Positions 8,215 through 19,160 of a stretch of DNA of 22,183 bases are shown here, one piece after another. The translations under genes were made by a program, and so were the position numbers. Source of the DNA: Candidatus Odinarchaeia archaeon (lineage in GTDB: Archaea > Asgardarchaeota > Odinarchaeia > Odinarchaeales > Odinarchaeaceae); NCBI GenBank assembly GCA_029856525.1, contig JAHQXC010000013.1:1-22183 (forward strand). The letters run 5' to 3'. How positions within the stretch are numbered: the stretch's first letter is position 1; every line of letters begins with the position of its first letter. The notes under the pieces were generated by a model that saw nothing but the letters and a program-made list of their open reading frames with translations, ran no database searches and was not told where the DNA came from.

Positions 8215-9156
8215 ATGGCTTCAAATAGGTTTGCAGTAGTTTTAGATGGGTTAACTAAGAGGTTTAACGGTAAAATCGCTGTCGATCACAACTCTTATGA
8301 AATAGAGGAGGGTGTTATATTCGGGTTACTAGGTCCAAACGGCGCAGGTAAGACGACTACGATAAGACTTTTATCAGGTGTGCTTGAACCTTCAGAGGGG
8401 GATGCTGAAGTATACGGTTATAGATTAAGCAATGACGTTAATATTATTAGATCTATTGTAGGAGTGCTCCCTGAGAATCGCGCTCTCTACGATAGGTTAA
8501 CCGCTCAGGAGAACCTTGAATTTTACGGTCGGCTTTACGGGGTGGAGCCTCCTGAGCTTAATGAGAGAATTGAAAGCCTCCTATCCTTCCTGGACTTGCA
8601 GGATGTTAGAAACACATTTGTGGGAAAATTTAGTATGGGTATGCGCCAGAAGGTTGCTTTAGCTAGAGCGCTTATACATCAGCCTAAGCTTTTACTTTTA
8701 GATGAGCCTACGAGTAATCTTGACCCTGTGATGAGCGCTAAGTTTAAAGAGTATATTAAAGAGTTGAGTAGAGATTTGAAGACAACTATTCTAATTTCAA
8801 GTCATCATTTAGCTGAGGTTGAAAACCTTTGCTCGAAGATCGCGGTTATCAATAATGGGCGTGTTATCTCAGTAGGAGATATTAACGAGTTGAAGAGGAG
8901 GATCTGGGGTTACCGTGAATTTGAAATTAGATTATTAGAGTTAAAACCTGATTTTAAGAAAATAGTTGAGAGTATAAGCGGGGTCTCTGATGTCAGATAC
9001 ACCGGTAATAAAATTTTTTATAGATGCGTTGACGCTGATAAAGTGAATCCGTCTCTTATAAAAGCTCTTGTTCAAGCTAATGCTGAAATTATATCTTTAA
9101 ACGAGGTCGAGAGAACCTTAGAAGACTTGTATATGAAGCTGATTAGAGGTGAATGA
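8215..9156 (+). CDS. ABC-2 type exporter ATP-binding subunit
   Basis: Walker A GPNGAGKT, signature FSMGMRQ, Walker B LLLLDEPT, H-loop SSHHL, C-terminal accessory domain ending TLEDLYMKL. Confidence 0.95.
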   Translation: MASNRFAVVLDGLTKRFNGKIAVDHNSYEIEEGVIFGLLGPNGAGKTTTIRLLSGVLEPSEGDAEVYGYRLSNDVNIIRSIVGVLPENRALYDRLTAQENLEFYGRLYGVEPPELNERIESLLSFLDLQDVRNTFVGKFSMGMRQKVALARALIHQPKLLLLDEPTSNLDPVMSAKFKEYIKELSRDLKTTILISSHHLAEVENLCSKIAVINNGRVISVGDINELKRRIWGYREFEIRLLELKPDFKKIVESISGVSDVRYTGNKIFYRCVDADKVNPSLIKALVQANAEIISLNEVERTLEDLYMKLIRGE

Positions 9157-9956
9157 TTTTGAGATTCAGGGTTTCTATGATAGTAGCTAGAAAGGAGTTT
9201 AAAGAGATCGTTCTTCGAAGTAGGCTTATACTGTCAATGATTTACGTTTTACCTGTAGTATTCGGTGTGGTTATGCCCTGTGTTCTAGCCTGGATTTCGC
9301 TTCCAATGATATGGGCGCCGATAACCGGTTACTCTATTCCCCCTCTTACAGATAACTGGTGGTTGATTCCTCCTGGAGGTCAATTCTATATTTTTTTCAT
9401 TAACCTCTACGCAGGTCTTCTTAACCTAGTTCAACCTTTAATGATTCCTGTCTACATAGCCGCTGATAGTTTTGCAGGTGAAAAAGAGCGTAAGACGCTT
9501 GAACCTGTTTTAGCCGCTCCTATAACTGATTTCGAATTACTTTTCGGGAAGGCTTTAACTTCTCTAATACCTGCTTTAACTGTTAGTTTTCTTTCAATCT
9601 CGCTTAGTATTATAGCCGTGAATATTATCGGCTTCCAAGTCTTCGGATTTATAATCTACCCTGTAGTGCCTATTCTATTGCTTTATATTATCGGAGTACC
9701 TTTGATGAGTCTTTTAACAGTGTTTGCTATGGTTCTTATTTCAAGTAAAGTTAATCGTGTAAGAGAGGCTTCTCAAGTGGGGGGTGTGGTTATCACACCG
9801 GTGCTGATTCTATTCTTTACTCAAATCTTCGGTGTAGTGGAGTTATCTATGGTAACCGTCACAATTTATATACTAGTTTTAATACTTACTGTAGCCTGTT
9901 TAATGTTTGCTAGTTTAAAGGTTTTTAACAGGCGTAGACTGATAGAAATGATTTAA
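9153..9956 (+). CDS. ABC-2 type exporter permease
   Basis: About 6 hydrophobic segments, conserved AGEKERKTLEPVLAAP...LLFGK motif, ATGA overlap with the ATPase gene. Confidence 0.92.
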   Translation: MILRFRVSMIVARKEFKEIVLRSRLILSMIYVLPVVFGVVMPCVLAWISLPMIWAPITGYSIPPLTDNWWLIPPGGQFYIFFINLYAGLLNLVQPLMIPVYIAADSFAGEKERKTLEPVLAAPITDFELLFGKALTSLIPALTVSFLSISLSIIAVNIIGFQVFGFIIYPVVPILLLYIIGVPLMSLLTVFAMVLISSKVNRVREASQVGGVVITPVLILFFTQIFGVVELSMVTVTIYILVLILTVACLMFASLKVFNRRRLIEMI

Positions 9957-10024
9957 ACATGTAGTCTTACTACATAAAATTTAAATAATCATATACTATA
10001 AACTTAAAATTGAGAGGACCGAGT

Positions 10025-10639
10025 ATGGTTAAAGAGACTCTCTCAGATTGGCCTTTAGATGAAAAACTCAGCGATACAGTGTTAGATTTCCTAGTAAAAT
10101 ACCCTAGAGTTTTAAATGAAAGAGTTGTAGTATACTGGGATAACTTCATCTTAACAAATTATAGACTATACTATAGAAACAATGATGGGAAAATATATTT
10201 AATACCACACTATAAAGTTAAAGAATACGTATACAAGGGTGATAACAGATTAATTCTTAAGCTTCGTGATAAGACTGTTATTGAGCTTAACGGGCCGATT
10301 CCTAAATATCAAGTTCTTAAAAAAACATATAGTTTAAGCGATTGGCGTAAGCTTTCGAAAAAGGAAGATGAGCTTTTAGAGAAGACAAACGTGGAGCTAG
10401 GGCGCCCTATAAGAGAGAAACCTAGAAGAGCAGTTGAACAGCCAACAGTTTTAAGCGAGCCGGGTTTCACAATACCGTTAAATAATAAGACTCAAACAGG
10501 TTTTGAACGAATACCCTTCGATATTAAAGCGAATTCTTCTCTAAATCACACCGCCGGTATCTTCTGCCCTCACTGCGGTTTTAAAATTACATTGAATGGA
10601 GCGCGTTTCTGTCCTAATTGCGGTGTGGATCTAATTTAA
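10025..10639 (+). CDS. Hypothetical protein with PH-like N-terminal region and C-terminal double zinc ribbon
   Basis: FILTNYRLYY...IYLIPHYKVKEY...LILKL beta-rich segment resembling bacterial-PH/GRAM-type domains. C-terminal CPHCG...FCPNCG. ATG 10025 is preferred over TTG 10010 because GAGGA lies at 10014-10018. Confidence 0.7.
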   Translation: MVKETLSDWPLDEKLSDTVLDFLVKYPRVLNERVVVYWDNFILTNYRLYYRNNDGKIYLIPHYKVKEYVYKGDNRLILKLRDKTVIELNGPIPKYQVLKKTYSLSDWRKLSKKEDELLEKTNVELGRPIREKPRRAVEQPTVLSEPGFTIPLNNKTQTGFERIPFDIKANSSLNHTAGIFCPHCGFKITLNGARFCPNCGVDLI

Positions 10640-11139
10640 AGCTCCCCTGCTCGCTGAATCCTATCATACAGGTATTCTACGAGTTCGTTAATCTCATCGA
10701 TCTTGCAGTTCTTTAATAATTTAGCCAGCGTGGATAGCTTACTCTTACCTTTACTTTCATCATACTCCACAATTTTCTTATATAAATTAACTCTGCTAAC
10801 AGTAAGCTCTATAGAGTTAACTAATTTCTTGATGAAAGGGAGATCCTCCTCTAGTTTTTTAATTTCATCACTCATCTCATTCATTAATTTTTCAACTTCT
10901 CCCGTAGCCTCCTCGTAGAGTAAACCTAGGTTTTTAAAGTCAACCTCCTCCTCTTCTCTACTAAGCATATTATATATCTCACACATACTTCGATGGAATC
11001 TAAGCCTTTTCTCTAATATTCTAGTCAAATTATTAATGCTAAGTAACGCTTTCTCCAGTACTTCCGTTAGTTTTCTGGAGAGTTCAGGCTGTTTTAATCC
11101 CTCTAATCCTTCGAAAGGATACTCTTCAGCTAATTTCAT
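10636..11139 (-). CDS. Hypothetical all-helical/coiled-coil protein (true start may be upstream)
   Basis: 167 aa E/K/L-rich heptad-like ORF converging on the previous gene with a 4-bp overlap. No motif recognised. Confidence 0.7.
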   Translation of the reverse strand: MKLAEEYPFEGLEGLKQPELSRKLTEVLEKALLSINNLTRILEKRLRFHRSMCEIYNMLSREEEEVDFKNLGLLYEEATGEVEKLMNEMSDEIKKLEEDLPFIKKLVNSIELTVSRVNLYKKIVEYDESKGKSKLSTLAKLLKNCKIDEINELVEYLYDRIQRAGEL

Positions 11140-11231
11140 GTTAATATCCCTTATAAGAGAGAAAATTTTACGTTTAGTCTCTATCTCAGTAGCCTCCTTT
11201 CACTAATAAATCGTGTTTAATATTAACCTCC

Positions 11232-11306
11232 ACTTCTATAAATATTGCTCGTTAAAATATTTTCATAAAGTTTATTAAAAAAATAGTCTTCCATATTTAT
11301 AGAAGT
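11232..11306. repeat. Perfect 14-bp inverted repeat (ACTTCTATAAATAT ... ATATTTATAGAAGT) in the divergent intergenic region upstream of uvrB
   Basis: Arms at 11232-11245 and 11293-11306 are exact reverse complements. A third CTATAAATAT lies at 11319-11328. Confidence 0.75.
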
Positions 11307-11396
11307 TGAATAAAAATGCTATAAATATTTTAAATTTCATGTTAAAATTTTAATAACTAAATTTTTACGCGAATAAAACAGGTTTAATGAGAATAT

Positions 11397-13397
11397 ATGG
11401 GGTTTAAACTGGTAACTGATCTAACTCCGAAAGGTGATCAGCCTAAAGCTATCAGACAGTTAGTTGAAGGCTTCCGTAACGGGTTAAGCCAGCAAGTATT
11501 ATACGGGGTGACTGGTTCAGGTAAAACTTTCGTGATAGCTAATGTAATAGCGGAGCTCGACATTCCAACAATTATAATAGAACCTAATAAAACTTTAGCA
11601 GCCCAGATCACGGCTGAGCTCAGATCCTTCCTTCCAGAGAATGCTGTCGAATATTATGTAAGCTACTATGATTATTACCAACCGGAAGCATATGTGCCTA
11701 CAACCGACACGTATATCGCTAAAGACTATTCTATAAATGAGGAGATAGAGAAATTTAGAATTTCAACGATGAGATCCCTAGCCACGCGACGTGATGTTGT
11801 TGTAGTCGCAACCGTGTCATGTCTTTATCCAGCCGGCTCACCTGAAGACTTCAGAGTTACAAGTAAAATATTCAAGGTTAACCAGGAGATCACCCGTGAA
11901 AACTTCATAACAGAGCTTATTAACCTTCAATATGAGCGCGATGACTTCAACTTTCACAGGGGGACATTCCGTGTGAGAGGTGATTTAATCGACTTATATT
12001 TTTCTTACAGTGATGAAATCGCTAGATTCGAATTTTTCGGAGACGTGATCGAGAAAATAACTATTTTAGAACCTTACAACTATAAGACTTTAAGGGCGGT
12101 TGATTCTATTGAAGTTTTCTCCGGAAGCAGGTTTATAACGACTAAAAGCAAAATTGAACGCGCGATTCTTACAATTGAAGAGGAGCTTGAACAGAGAGTT
12201 AAAGAATTAAAAGCGCTCGGTAAACATTTATACGCTGAACGTCTTGAAAAACGCACCCGCCATGATCTTGAACTACTTAAAGAAATGGGGTTCTGCCCGG
12301 GTATCGAGAATTATTCCCGCCATTTTGACGGTCGAGCGCCAGGTCAGAAACCTTACTGCCTATTAGACCATTTTAACAGTGAATTTCTAATTTTTATCGA
12401 TGAATCGCATCTAACTCTCCCGCAAATACATGCAATGGCTCACGGGGACTATATGCGGAAGAAGAATTTAGTCGACTACGGTTTCAGACTCCCCTCAGCT
12501 TATGATAATCGCCCGATAACCTTCGAGGAGTTCGAGCAATATTTGAAAAAAGTCGTCTATGTATCCGCGACACCCGGCGATTATGAGTTTAAGAAATCGC
12601 AGCAGGTTGTGGAATTAATAATAAGACCTACCGGTTTACTTGACCCTGTTATAGAGGTCCGCAGCACAAAAAATCAAATCGATGATTTAATAAAGGAGAT
12701 TCAGAAGAATCGTTTAAACAATGAGAGAGCTCTTGTAACAACTTTAACTAAGAGGATGGCTGAAGAGCTCTCAGAATACTTGATTGAAGCGGGTATAAGA
12801 GCAGAATACCTTCACAGTGAAGTTGACACGATTGAAAGGGTTAAAATACTTAGAAATCTCAGAGCCGGTAAATTCGATGTAGTGGTAGGTATTAATCTTT
12901 TAAGAGAGGGTCTAGACTTACCTGAAGTCTCGCTTATAGCTATACTAGACGCCGATAAGGAAGGCTTTCTACGCTCTGACACTTCTCTAACCCAGATTAT
13001 AGGACGGGCTTCTAGAAATATTAACGGTCGGGTAATATTATACGCTGATGAGATAACTGAATCTATGCGTAAAGCTATCGAGGAGAATAATCGTAGGCGT
13101 AGAATTCAATTAGAATATAATCAGCGTCATGGAATAGTCCCGGCGACTATAACTAAAAAGATAAGTGATATCGCTCCACCTATAGAGGAGGAAGGCGAAA
13201 TATTAGACGAGGAGACTCGTAGAGAACTTCTCTTACTATCAGACTCCGACATAGATCTTTATATTACAAGTTTAAAAATGAAAATGAGCGAGTACGCTGA
13301 AAGACTAGAATTTGAGAAAGCAGCTGAAATACGGGATAAAATTAGGATGCTGGAAAAAAATCTTGGATTACTCTCTCAACGTGGTGGAAATGAATAA
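11397..13397 (+). CDS. uvrB: Excinuclease ABC subunit B
   Basis: [55 protein letters not shown]-terminal UVR domain [11 protein letters not shown]. Confidence 0.98.
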   Translation: MGFKLVTDLTPKGDQPKAIRQLVEGFRNGLSQQVLYGVTGSGKTFVIANVIAELDIPTIIIEPNKTLAAQITAELRSFLPENAVEYYVSYYDYYQPEAYVPTTDTYIAKDYSINEEIEKFRISTMRSLATRRDVVVVATVSCLYPAGSPEDFRVTSKIFKVNQEITRENFITELINLQYERDDFNFHRGTFRVRGDLIDLYFSYSDEIARFEFFGDVIEKITILEPYNYKTLRAVDSIEVFSGSRFITTKSKIERAILTIEEELEQRVKELKALGKHLYAERLEKRTRHDLELLKEMGFCPGIENYSRHFDGRAPGQKPYCLLDHFNSEFLIFIDESHLTLPQIHAMAHGDYMRKKNLVDYGFRLPSAYDNRPITFEEFEQYLKKVVYVSATPGDYEFKKSQQVVELIIRPTGLLDPVIEVRSTKNQIDDLIKEIQKNRLNNERALVTTLTKRMAEELSEYLIEAGIRAEYLHSEVDTIERVKILRNLRAGKFDVVVGINLLREGLDLPEVSLIAILDADKEGFLRSDTSLTQIIGRASRNINGRVILYADEITESMRKAIEENNRRRRIQLEYNQRHGIVPATITKKISDIAPPIEEEGEILDEETRRELLLLSDSDIDLYITSLKMKMSEYAERLEFEKAAEIRDKIRMLEKNLGLLSQRGGNE

Positions 13398-16221
13398 GAA
13401 TATCATTGTGAAAGGGGCTAGGGTTAACAACTTAAAAAATATAGATGTAGTTATTCCACGTGATAAATTAGTTGTTATAACAGGAGTCAGCGGCAGCGGG
13501 AAATCATCTTTAGCATTTGACACCATATACGCTGAAGGTCAGCGCAGATATATTGAATCTCTATCTTCCTATGCACGTCAATTCATAGAGCAGATGGAGA
13601 AACCTGACGTAGACCAAATCACAGGGTTAAGTCCAACTATAGCTATAGACCAGAAATCAGTTAGTAAAAACCCTCGTTCCACTGTTGGAACTGTTACAGA
13701 AATACACGATTATCTGAGATTATTATACGCTAACATCGGGCGCCCTCACTGTTGGATATGCGGCAGGGAGATAAGCGTTTTAACAACTGATCAAATAATA
13801 GATGAAATCTTAAAACAAACCGGTAAAAAGTTAATGATTCTATCCCCGATTATAAGAGGGCGTAAAGGACAATACCAAACTCTTTTAAGCCAATTATTAA
13901 AAGACGGTTTTATAAGGGTGAGAGTGGACGGTAAATTCTACAATCTAGATAAGGACACGGTTGAATTAGATAAGTATAAGGCTCACACAATTGAAATAGT
14001 CGTCGACCGTTTAATGCTAACAGAAGTAACCCCTGAGCTGAGAAAGCGTGTAGCTGACTCTGTTGAAACAGCTTTAAACTACTCTAAGGATCTGGTTAAC
14101 ATATATCTGGTTGATGAGGATAAGAATATCTTGTTAAGCAGGAGCTTCGGCTGTTCGTACTGCGGTGTAACATTAGAGAAGCTTACACCGAGAATGTTTT
14201 CATTCAACTCCCCTTACGGTGCATGTGAAACCTGCGACGGCTTAGGTTATATAATGAAAATCGACCCTGACTTAGTGATCCCGGATAAAACGCTCTCGAT
14301 AGCGGAGGGTGCTATTAAACCTTTTAGAAACAGGTTTAACAACTCATACTACTATGCTCTTCTCAGCGCAGTCGCCGAGCATTATGGTTTCAGTTTAGAA
14401 ACCCCTTTCAACCAGCTTGACGAAAAATATCAGCGGATAATCTTATACGGTAGCGATGAGCCTATATTATTCACGTATACAGGGAGGAGTGGAAGCTACT
14501 GGCAGACTACGAAGCGATTTGAAGGGGTTATACCAAGCCTTGAAAGAAGGTATAATGAGACAAGCTCCCTATCTACTAAAATTGAAATCGAACAGTATAT
14601 GGCTGAGCTTCCATGTCCTTCATGTCAGGGTAAAAGGCTTAAACCAGCTAGTCTAGCTGTTAAAATCAACGGGAAAAATATCAGCGAACTAGAAGATATG
14701 TCGATAAGCCAGCTTTACGATTTCTTTAACAATCTTAAACTATCTGATGTCGAATTAATGATCGCTGATAAAATACTAAGAGAAATCAAGAAACGCTTAG
14801 AGTTTTTAATCAACGTAGGCCTAGATTATTTAACTTTAAGTCGTTCAAGCCGAACATTAGCTGGAGGTGAAGCGCAGCGGATTAGACTCGCCACTCAACT
14901 AGGCTCAGGTCTTATGGGCGTCATCTATATTCTAGACGAGCCGAGTATAGGATTACACCCTCGAGATAATCTGAAGCTTATAAACACGTTGAAAAGCCTG
15001 CGCGATCTAGGGAATACTGTGATCGTTGTCGAACACGACGAGGAGACTATGAGAAACGCGGATTATATTATCGATATCGGCCCGGGAGCCGGAGAGAACG
15101 GCGGTCTAATAGTAGCCTCAGGAACCCCTGATGAACTTATTATAAACAGTAAAGATTCTTTAACAGCTAAATACCTGCGCGGAGAATTGAAGATTCACAT
15201 ACCTGTTAAACGAAGACAGCCTAAAGGCTTCATTCGCGTGATCGGCGCGAAAGCTAATAATCTTAAAAACATTACAGTAGATTTTCCGCTAGGTGTTCTA
15301 TGCGCGGTAACCGGTGTCTCCGGCAGCGGGAAGAGCACTCTTGTAGAAGAAGTCTTATACAAAGGGTTAATGAGGAGACTATACCACTCTAAAATAGTTC
15401 CAGGTGAACATGAAGATATTAAGGGATTAGATCAAATAGATAAAGTTATAATAATCGATCAGTCTCCTATAGGTAGAACCCCGCGATCTAATCTTGCAAC
15501 TTACACCGGCGTCTGGACTCATATAAGAACTCTTTTCGCGCAGACACCTGACGCGAGGAGGAGAGGGTATAAACCCGGGCGTTTCAGTTTTAACGTTAAA
15601 GGCGGTAGATGTGAAAGCTGTGAAGGTCAGGGGATTAAAAAAATAGAAATGCATTTTCTACCCGACATCTATATTCCATGCGAGGTGTGTGACGGTAAAA
15701 GATTCAATGTTGAAACACTTCAAATAAAATACAAAGATAAGAATATATATGATATTCTTAATATGAGCGTGAATCAAGCATTAGAGTTCTTCAATAATAT
15801 ACCTCAAATAACAAAGATATTGAAAACAGTTCAAGATGTTGGGTTAGGTTATGTTAAGCTAGGGCAGCAGGCTCCAACACTTTCAGGGGGTGAGGCTCAA
15901 CGAATAAAATTGAGTCGAGAACTGAGTAAGCGCGACACTGGTAGGACTCTTTACATTCTCGATGAACCGACTACAGGCCTCCATTTTTCAGATATTCAAA
16001 AATTACTTGACGTTCTAAACCGGCTCGTAGACGCCGGTAACACTATAATTATCATCGAACATAACTTGGATGTAATAAAAAGCGCAGACTATATTATCGA
16101 CTTAGGCCCGGAGGGGGGTGAAAAAGGCGGTTTAGTGATAGCTCAGGGGACGCCTGAACAGGTAGCGGAGAATAATAATTCTTATACGGGTATGTTTCTA
16201 AGAGGTGTTTTAAACAGGTGA
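13390..16221 (+). CDS. uvrA: Excinuclease ABC subunit A
   Basis: Two Walker A GVSGSGKS, signatures LAGGE and [13 protein letters not shown] and DEPTTGLH, CxxC zinc modules. Start set at ATG 13390 ([18 protein letters not shown]), the canonical UvrA N-terminus, rather than 13312. Confidence 0.98.
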   Translation: MNKNIIVKGARVNNLKNIDVVIPRDKLVVITGVSGSGKSSLAFDTIYAEGQRRYIESLSSYARQFIEQMEKPDVDQITGLSPTIAIDQKSVSKNPRSTVGTVTEIHDYLRLLYANIGRPHCWICGREISVLTTDQIIDEILKQTGKKLMILSPIIRGRKGQYQTLLSQLLKDGFIRVRVDGKFYNLDKDTVELDKYKAHTIEIVVDRLMLTEVTPELRKRVADSVETALNYSKDLVNIYLVDEDKNILLSRSFGCSYCGVTLEKLTPRMFSFNSPYGACETCDGLGYIMKIDPDLVIPDKTLSIAEGAIKPFRNRFNNSYYYALLSAVAEHYGFSLETPFNQLDEKYQRIILYGSDEPILFTYTGRSGSYWQTTKRFEGVIPSLERRYNETSSLSTKIEIEQYMAELPCPSCQGKRLKPASLAVKINGKNISELEDMSISQLYDFFNNLKLSDVELMIADKILREIKKRLEFLINVGLDYLTLSRSSRTLAGGEAQRIRLATQLGSGLMGVIYILDEPSIGLHPRDNLKLINTLKSLRDLGNTVIVVEHDEETMRNADYIIDIGPGAGENGGLIVASGTPDELIINSKDSLTAKYLRGELKIHIPVKRRQPKGFIRVIGAKANNLKNITVDFPLGVLCAVTGVSGSGKSTLVEEVLYKGLMRRLYHSKIVPGEHEDIKGLDQIDKVIIIDQSPIGRTPRSNLATYTGVWTHIRTLFAQTPDARRRGYKPGRFSFNVKGGRCESCEGQGIKKIEMHFLPDIYIPCEVCDGKRFNVETLQIKYKDKNIYDILNMSVNQALEFFNNIPQITKILKTVQDVGLGYVKLGQQAPTLSGGEAQRIKLSRELSKRDTGRTLYILDEPTTGLHFSDIQKLLDVLNRLVDAGNTIIIIEHNLDVIKSADYIIDLGPEGGEKGGLVIAQGTPEQVAENNNSYTGMFLRGVLNR

Positions 16222-18038
16222 ACGAGGATATTTTAAATGATATTAAACAGTTACCTGACAAAACCGGCGTATACTTTTTCCTAAATAAAAATAATGAGTG
16301 TATTTATGTTGGGAAAGCTAAAAGTATATTGAAACGTGTTTTACAACACTATTCTTCTAAAGATATAAAAGAAAGACAGTTGATGAGTGAAGTTGAAAGC
16401 ATACAGTTTATTTTAACCCCTAATGAAGTTGAAGCTCTTATACTAGAACAGAGAAAGATAAACGAGCTGGAACCTAAATACAACGTGTGTTTTAAAGATG
16501 ATAAATCCTATCCTTATATTAAAATCACCTCCTCTGAGAAATATCCGCGTATGTTGATAGTGAGAAAACTAAAAGTAGGAGAGGATTCAACAGCTGAATT
16601 CATAGGACCCTTCTCCAACATTGAAGATTTGAAAAGAACCTTTAACTATCTAAGATCCTTCTTCCCTTTAGCTAATTGTAAAAATAAAATAGTTGAGAAT
16701 AGTAGAAAACGCCCTTGTCTACAATATAATATAAGAAGATGCCCTGGTCCATGCTTTCAAAATATAGATCCAGCTGAATATTCTAAATCTGTTGAATATA
16801 TGAGAATGTTTTTTAAAGGCGGTGGAGGCGACTTATTAAAACACTTAGAAATTGAGATGAAAAACGCTGCCTCCAACCTAGAGTTTGAGAAAGCGGCTTT
16901 AATGAGAGACCGTCTATTCGCGATTAGCAGAATTCTTGAAAGTCGAAGGCTGAGACCTACAGGAGAAGGAGATGTTGATTTCATAACGCTGGTAAGAGAG
17001 TATGATACCGCTCTTATAGGTGTTCTATCAGTTAACAATGAGGGTATAGCTAACCAAGAATACTATAAATTTAAAGTTAACGAGTTTAACGCTGACAGCG
17101 AAATTTATGAGGCTTTAATTACAAGACTATACTTTAATACCGCTAGAAAACCTGTTAAAATAATAGTTGATACTGTTGATGAAAATCTAATATTTTTACT
17201 AAACCAGCTGCTAGCGTTAACCGGGAAAAATATCAAGGTAACCGGTTATAATTTAAACTTAGAAAAAGAGTATTTAACCCTGCTAAGAGAAGCCGCGCTA
17301 TCAGAATTTAAGAGACATATTATGAAAGAATTCTCCGATCGCAGGCAGCTTGAAGACGTTATTAAAACATTAACCGAATTATTCCCAAACTATAATTTCA
17401 ATAGGCAGCCGCTTAGAATAGAAGCATTTGATATTTCAAATATCCGAGGCGAGCAACCTGTAGGTTCTAGAGTAGTCTTCTTAAACAGCTACCCGTTTAA
17501 GAGAGAGTATCGAATGTATAGGATTAAAACAGTTAAAGGCCAAGACGACTATGATATGCTTAGAGAGATTTTAAATCGTAGGCTTAAGAAAATTAATTTA
17601 GAGGGAATACCTGACTTGATAGTGGTTGATGGCGGTAGAGGACAGTTAAACGTAGCCCTAGATGTTTTAAAAAACCATGGATTGGATATACCGGTTATCG
17701 GACTTGCTAAAGAAAAAGAAGAAGTCTACACTCCTCTTTCAAAAGAACCTTTAATATTCCCGGATGATTCAAGCTTTAAAAAGACGCTTCAATATATCAG
17801 GGATGAGGCTCACAGATTCGCTGTTAACTATCATAGAAAATTAAGATCTAAGCAATTTCTGAAATCTGCTCTCGACGCTATTCCCGGTTTAGGTGAGCGT
17901 GTTAAAAAGATAATCCGTTCAGTTTACCCTGATCTTGAAGCTCTTCGAAAAGACTCAGCTGAGAATATAGTTAAAAAACTAGGGGTTAGCTATAATTTAG
18001 CTGTTAAAATTAAAGAGAAGCTTTTAAATTTACAGTAA
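16218..18038 (+). CDS. uvrC: Excinuclease ABC subunit C
   Basis: GIY-YIG (GVYFF...IYVGKAK), Cys cluster [16 protein letters not shown] domain, RNase H-like IEAFDISN and [19 protein letters not shown], HhH IPGLGE. GTGA overlap with uvrA. Confidence 0.97.
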   Translation: MNEDILNDIKQLPDKTGVYFFLNKNNECIYVGKAKSILKRVLQHYSSKDIKERQLMSEVESIQFILTPNEVEALILEQRKINELEPKYNVCFKDDKSYPYIKITSSEKYPRMLIVRKLKVGEDSTAEFIGPFSNIEDLKRTFNYLRSFFPLANCKNKIVENSRKRPCLQYNIRRCPGPCFQNIDPAEYSKSVEYMRMFFKGGGGDLLKHLEIEMKNAASNLEFEKAALMRDRLFAISRILESRRLRPTGEGDVDFITLVREYDTALIGVLSVNNEGIANQEYYKFKVNEFNADSEIYEALITRLYFNTARKPVKIIVDTVDENLIFLLNQLLALTGKNIKVTGYNLNLEKEYLTLLREAALSEFKRHIMKEFSDRRQLEDVIKTLTELFPNYNFNRQPLRIEAFDISNIRGEQPVGSRVVFLNSYPFKREYRMYRIKTVKGQDDYDMLREILNRRLKKINLEGIPDLIVVDGGRGQLNVALDVLKNHGLDIPVIGLAKEKEEVYTPLSKEPLIFPDDSSFKKTLQYIRDEAHRFAVNYHRKLRSKQFLKSALDAIPGLGERVKKIIRSVYPDLEALRKDSAENIVKKLGVSYNLAVKIKEKLLNLQ

Positions 18039-19160
18039 AGGTAGGTTAATGTTGAAGTCGACGATGCTTCTACAATAAGCGCAGAAGAATGCGTTTTCTT
18101 GGAGTCTACCCCCGCAGTTCTTACAATACTTAGGGGGGTCCGGTGAAATTCTAACAGGTTTAGCGTTTTCTAAACTATTTTTTGAATATAAGTAGAGATT
18201 ATACTCTCTTTTAGGAGCGCTGAACCCTGCTGTGATAATGCTGTTAACCAGTGTCTCAAGCAGCGGGTAACCTTTAAACCCTTCTTCAACGTATAATGGA
18301 AGCTGGAAGAAGGTTGTTTGATTTTTATAAGCTATATGCGGTTGTATAAAAATAATATCAGCGTTTTCAGCTATACACTTCTTTAAATTACTTAAAATAT
18401 TAAGGTAATCTGATTCATTATACCAGTGAAATAGATACGATACAATAATTTTATCCGGTTTAGTGTCTTGCAAGCAACCGGTGAAATCTATTTCGCTGGT
18501 GAAATCATGTTTTATAAAAGTTACTTTAAATCTTTTATCAGGTAGGAGATTTGATACATTCTCTTCAGCTATATTTAAAAAATCCTGGTTAGAGTCGACC
18601 GCTATTATATTTTTAGGTTTGAAAATGTTGAGCAAATTTATTGTACACCAGCCGGTTTTACACCCTACTTCTAGAATTGTTGAATCGCCGGTTATGTTCA
18701 ACCTCTTAATCGCGTTAACCCATAAAAGCTGATATAAAGGCGTGGAGTAGATGCTATCCCATATCCCAGGCTCATGGAGTTGTAGTCTAGTTTTACCTTT
18801 CAACAAGTCTGGTAGTTTTTTAAAGTATACTTGTAATATTTTAATCCAGGGTTCAGCTAAAATCTTAAGTTCTTCTTCTTCACTTGTAACTCTAATCTCC
18901 CCTCCAATCCATTTGAAAAGGTCTCCGTTCTGCTCAACTACTCCAAGTTTTACAAGCGATACTATAAGCTCTCTGAAAAGTTTTAAGTCTTTAATATTCA
19001 TAGTGTGGACGAGATCTAAAATACTCCTATAATCATTTAAAATATCAGGTAGACCCTCCGCTAAAAGTGTTTGAATTAATATCCGTTTAATATAAGATGT
19101 TAACCCCCTAGCTATCTTAGGAATATCTAAATCTTCCAACGGTAGACTATCTGCAAACAC
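18030..19160 (-). CDS. Class I SAM-dependent methyltransferase with N-terminal wHTH-like region and C-terminal double zinc ribbon
   Basis: Motif I ILEVGCKTG, motif II IIAVDSN, HDF, IVSYLFHW. N-terminal FRELIVSLVKLGVVEQNG helix-wing. C-terminal YCKNCG...FCAYC. Confidence 0.82.
   Translation of the reverse strand: MFADSLPLEDLDIPKIARGLTSYIKRILIQTLLAEGLPDILNDYRSILDLVHTMNIKDLKLFRELIVSLVKLGVVEQNGDLFKWIGGEIRVTSEEEELKILAEPWIKILQVYFKKLPDLLKGKTRLQLHEPGIWDSIYSTPLYQLLWVNAIKRLNITGDSTILEVGCKTGWCTINLLNIFKPKNIIAVDSNQDFLNIAEENVSNLLPDKRFKVTFIKHDFTSEIDFTGCLQDTKPDKIIVSYLFHWYNESDYLNILSNLKKCIAENADIIFIQPHIAYKNQTTFFQLPLYVEEGFKGYPLLETLVNSIITAGFSAPKREYNLYLYSKNSLENAKPVRISPDPPKYCKNCGGRLQENAFFCAYCRSIVDFNINLPLL

Noticed and set aside
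10636-11139. ESCRT-III/Snf7, SNARE or BAR assignment for the helical protein
   Set aside because: Only generic coiled-coil character. No family motif is recognisable without a profile search.
13312-13389. N-terminal extension of UvrA given by the ORF track
   Set aside because: Overlaps the conserved UVR domain of uvrB. The canonical UvrA start matches ATG 13390.
7457-19032. Short ORFs 7457..7660, 10703..10918, 14456..14656, 15427..15654, 16757..17038, 18463..18732 and 18751..19032
   Set aside because: All are nested in or antisense to well-supported genes and have no recognisable motifs
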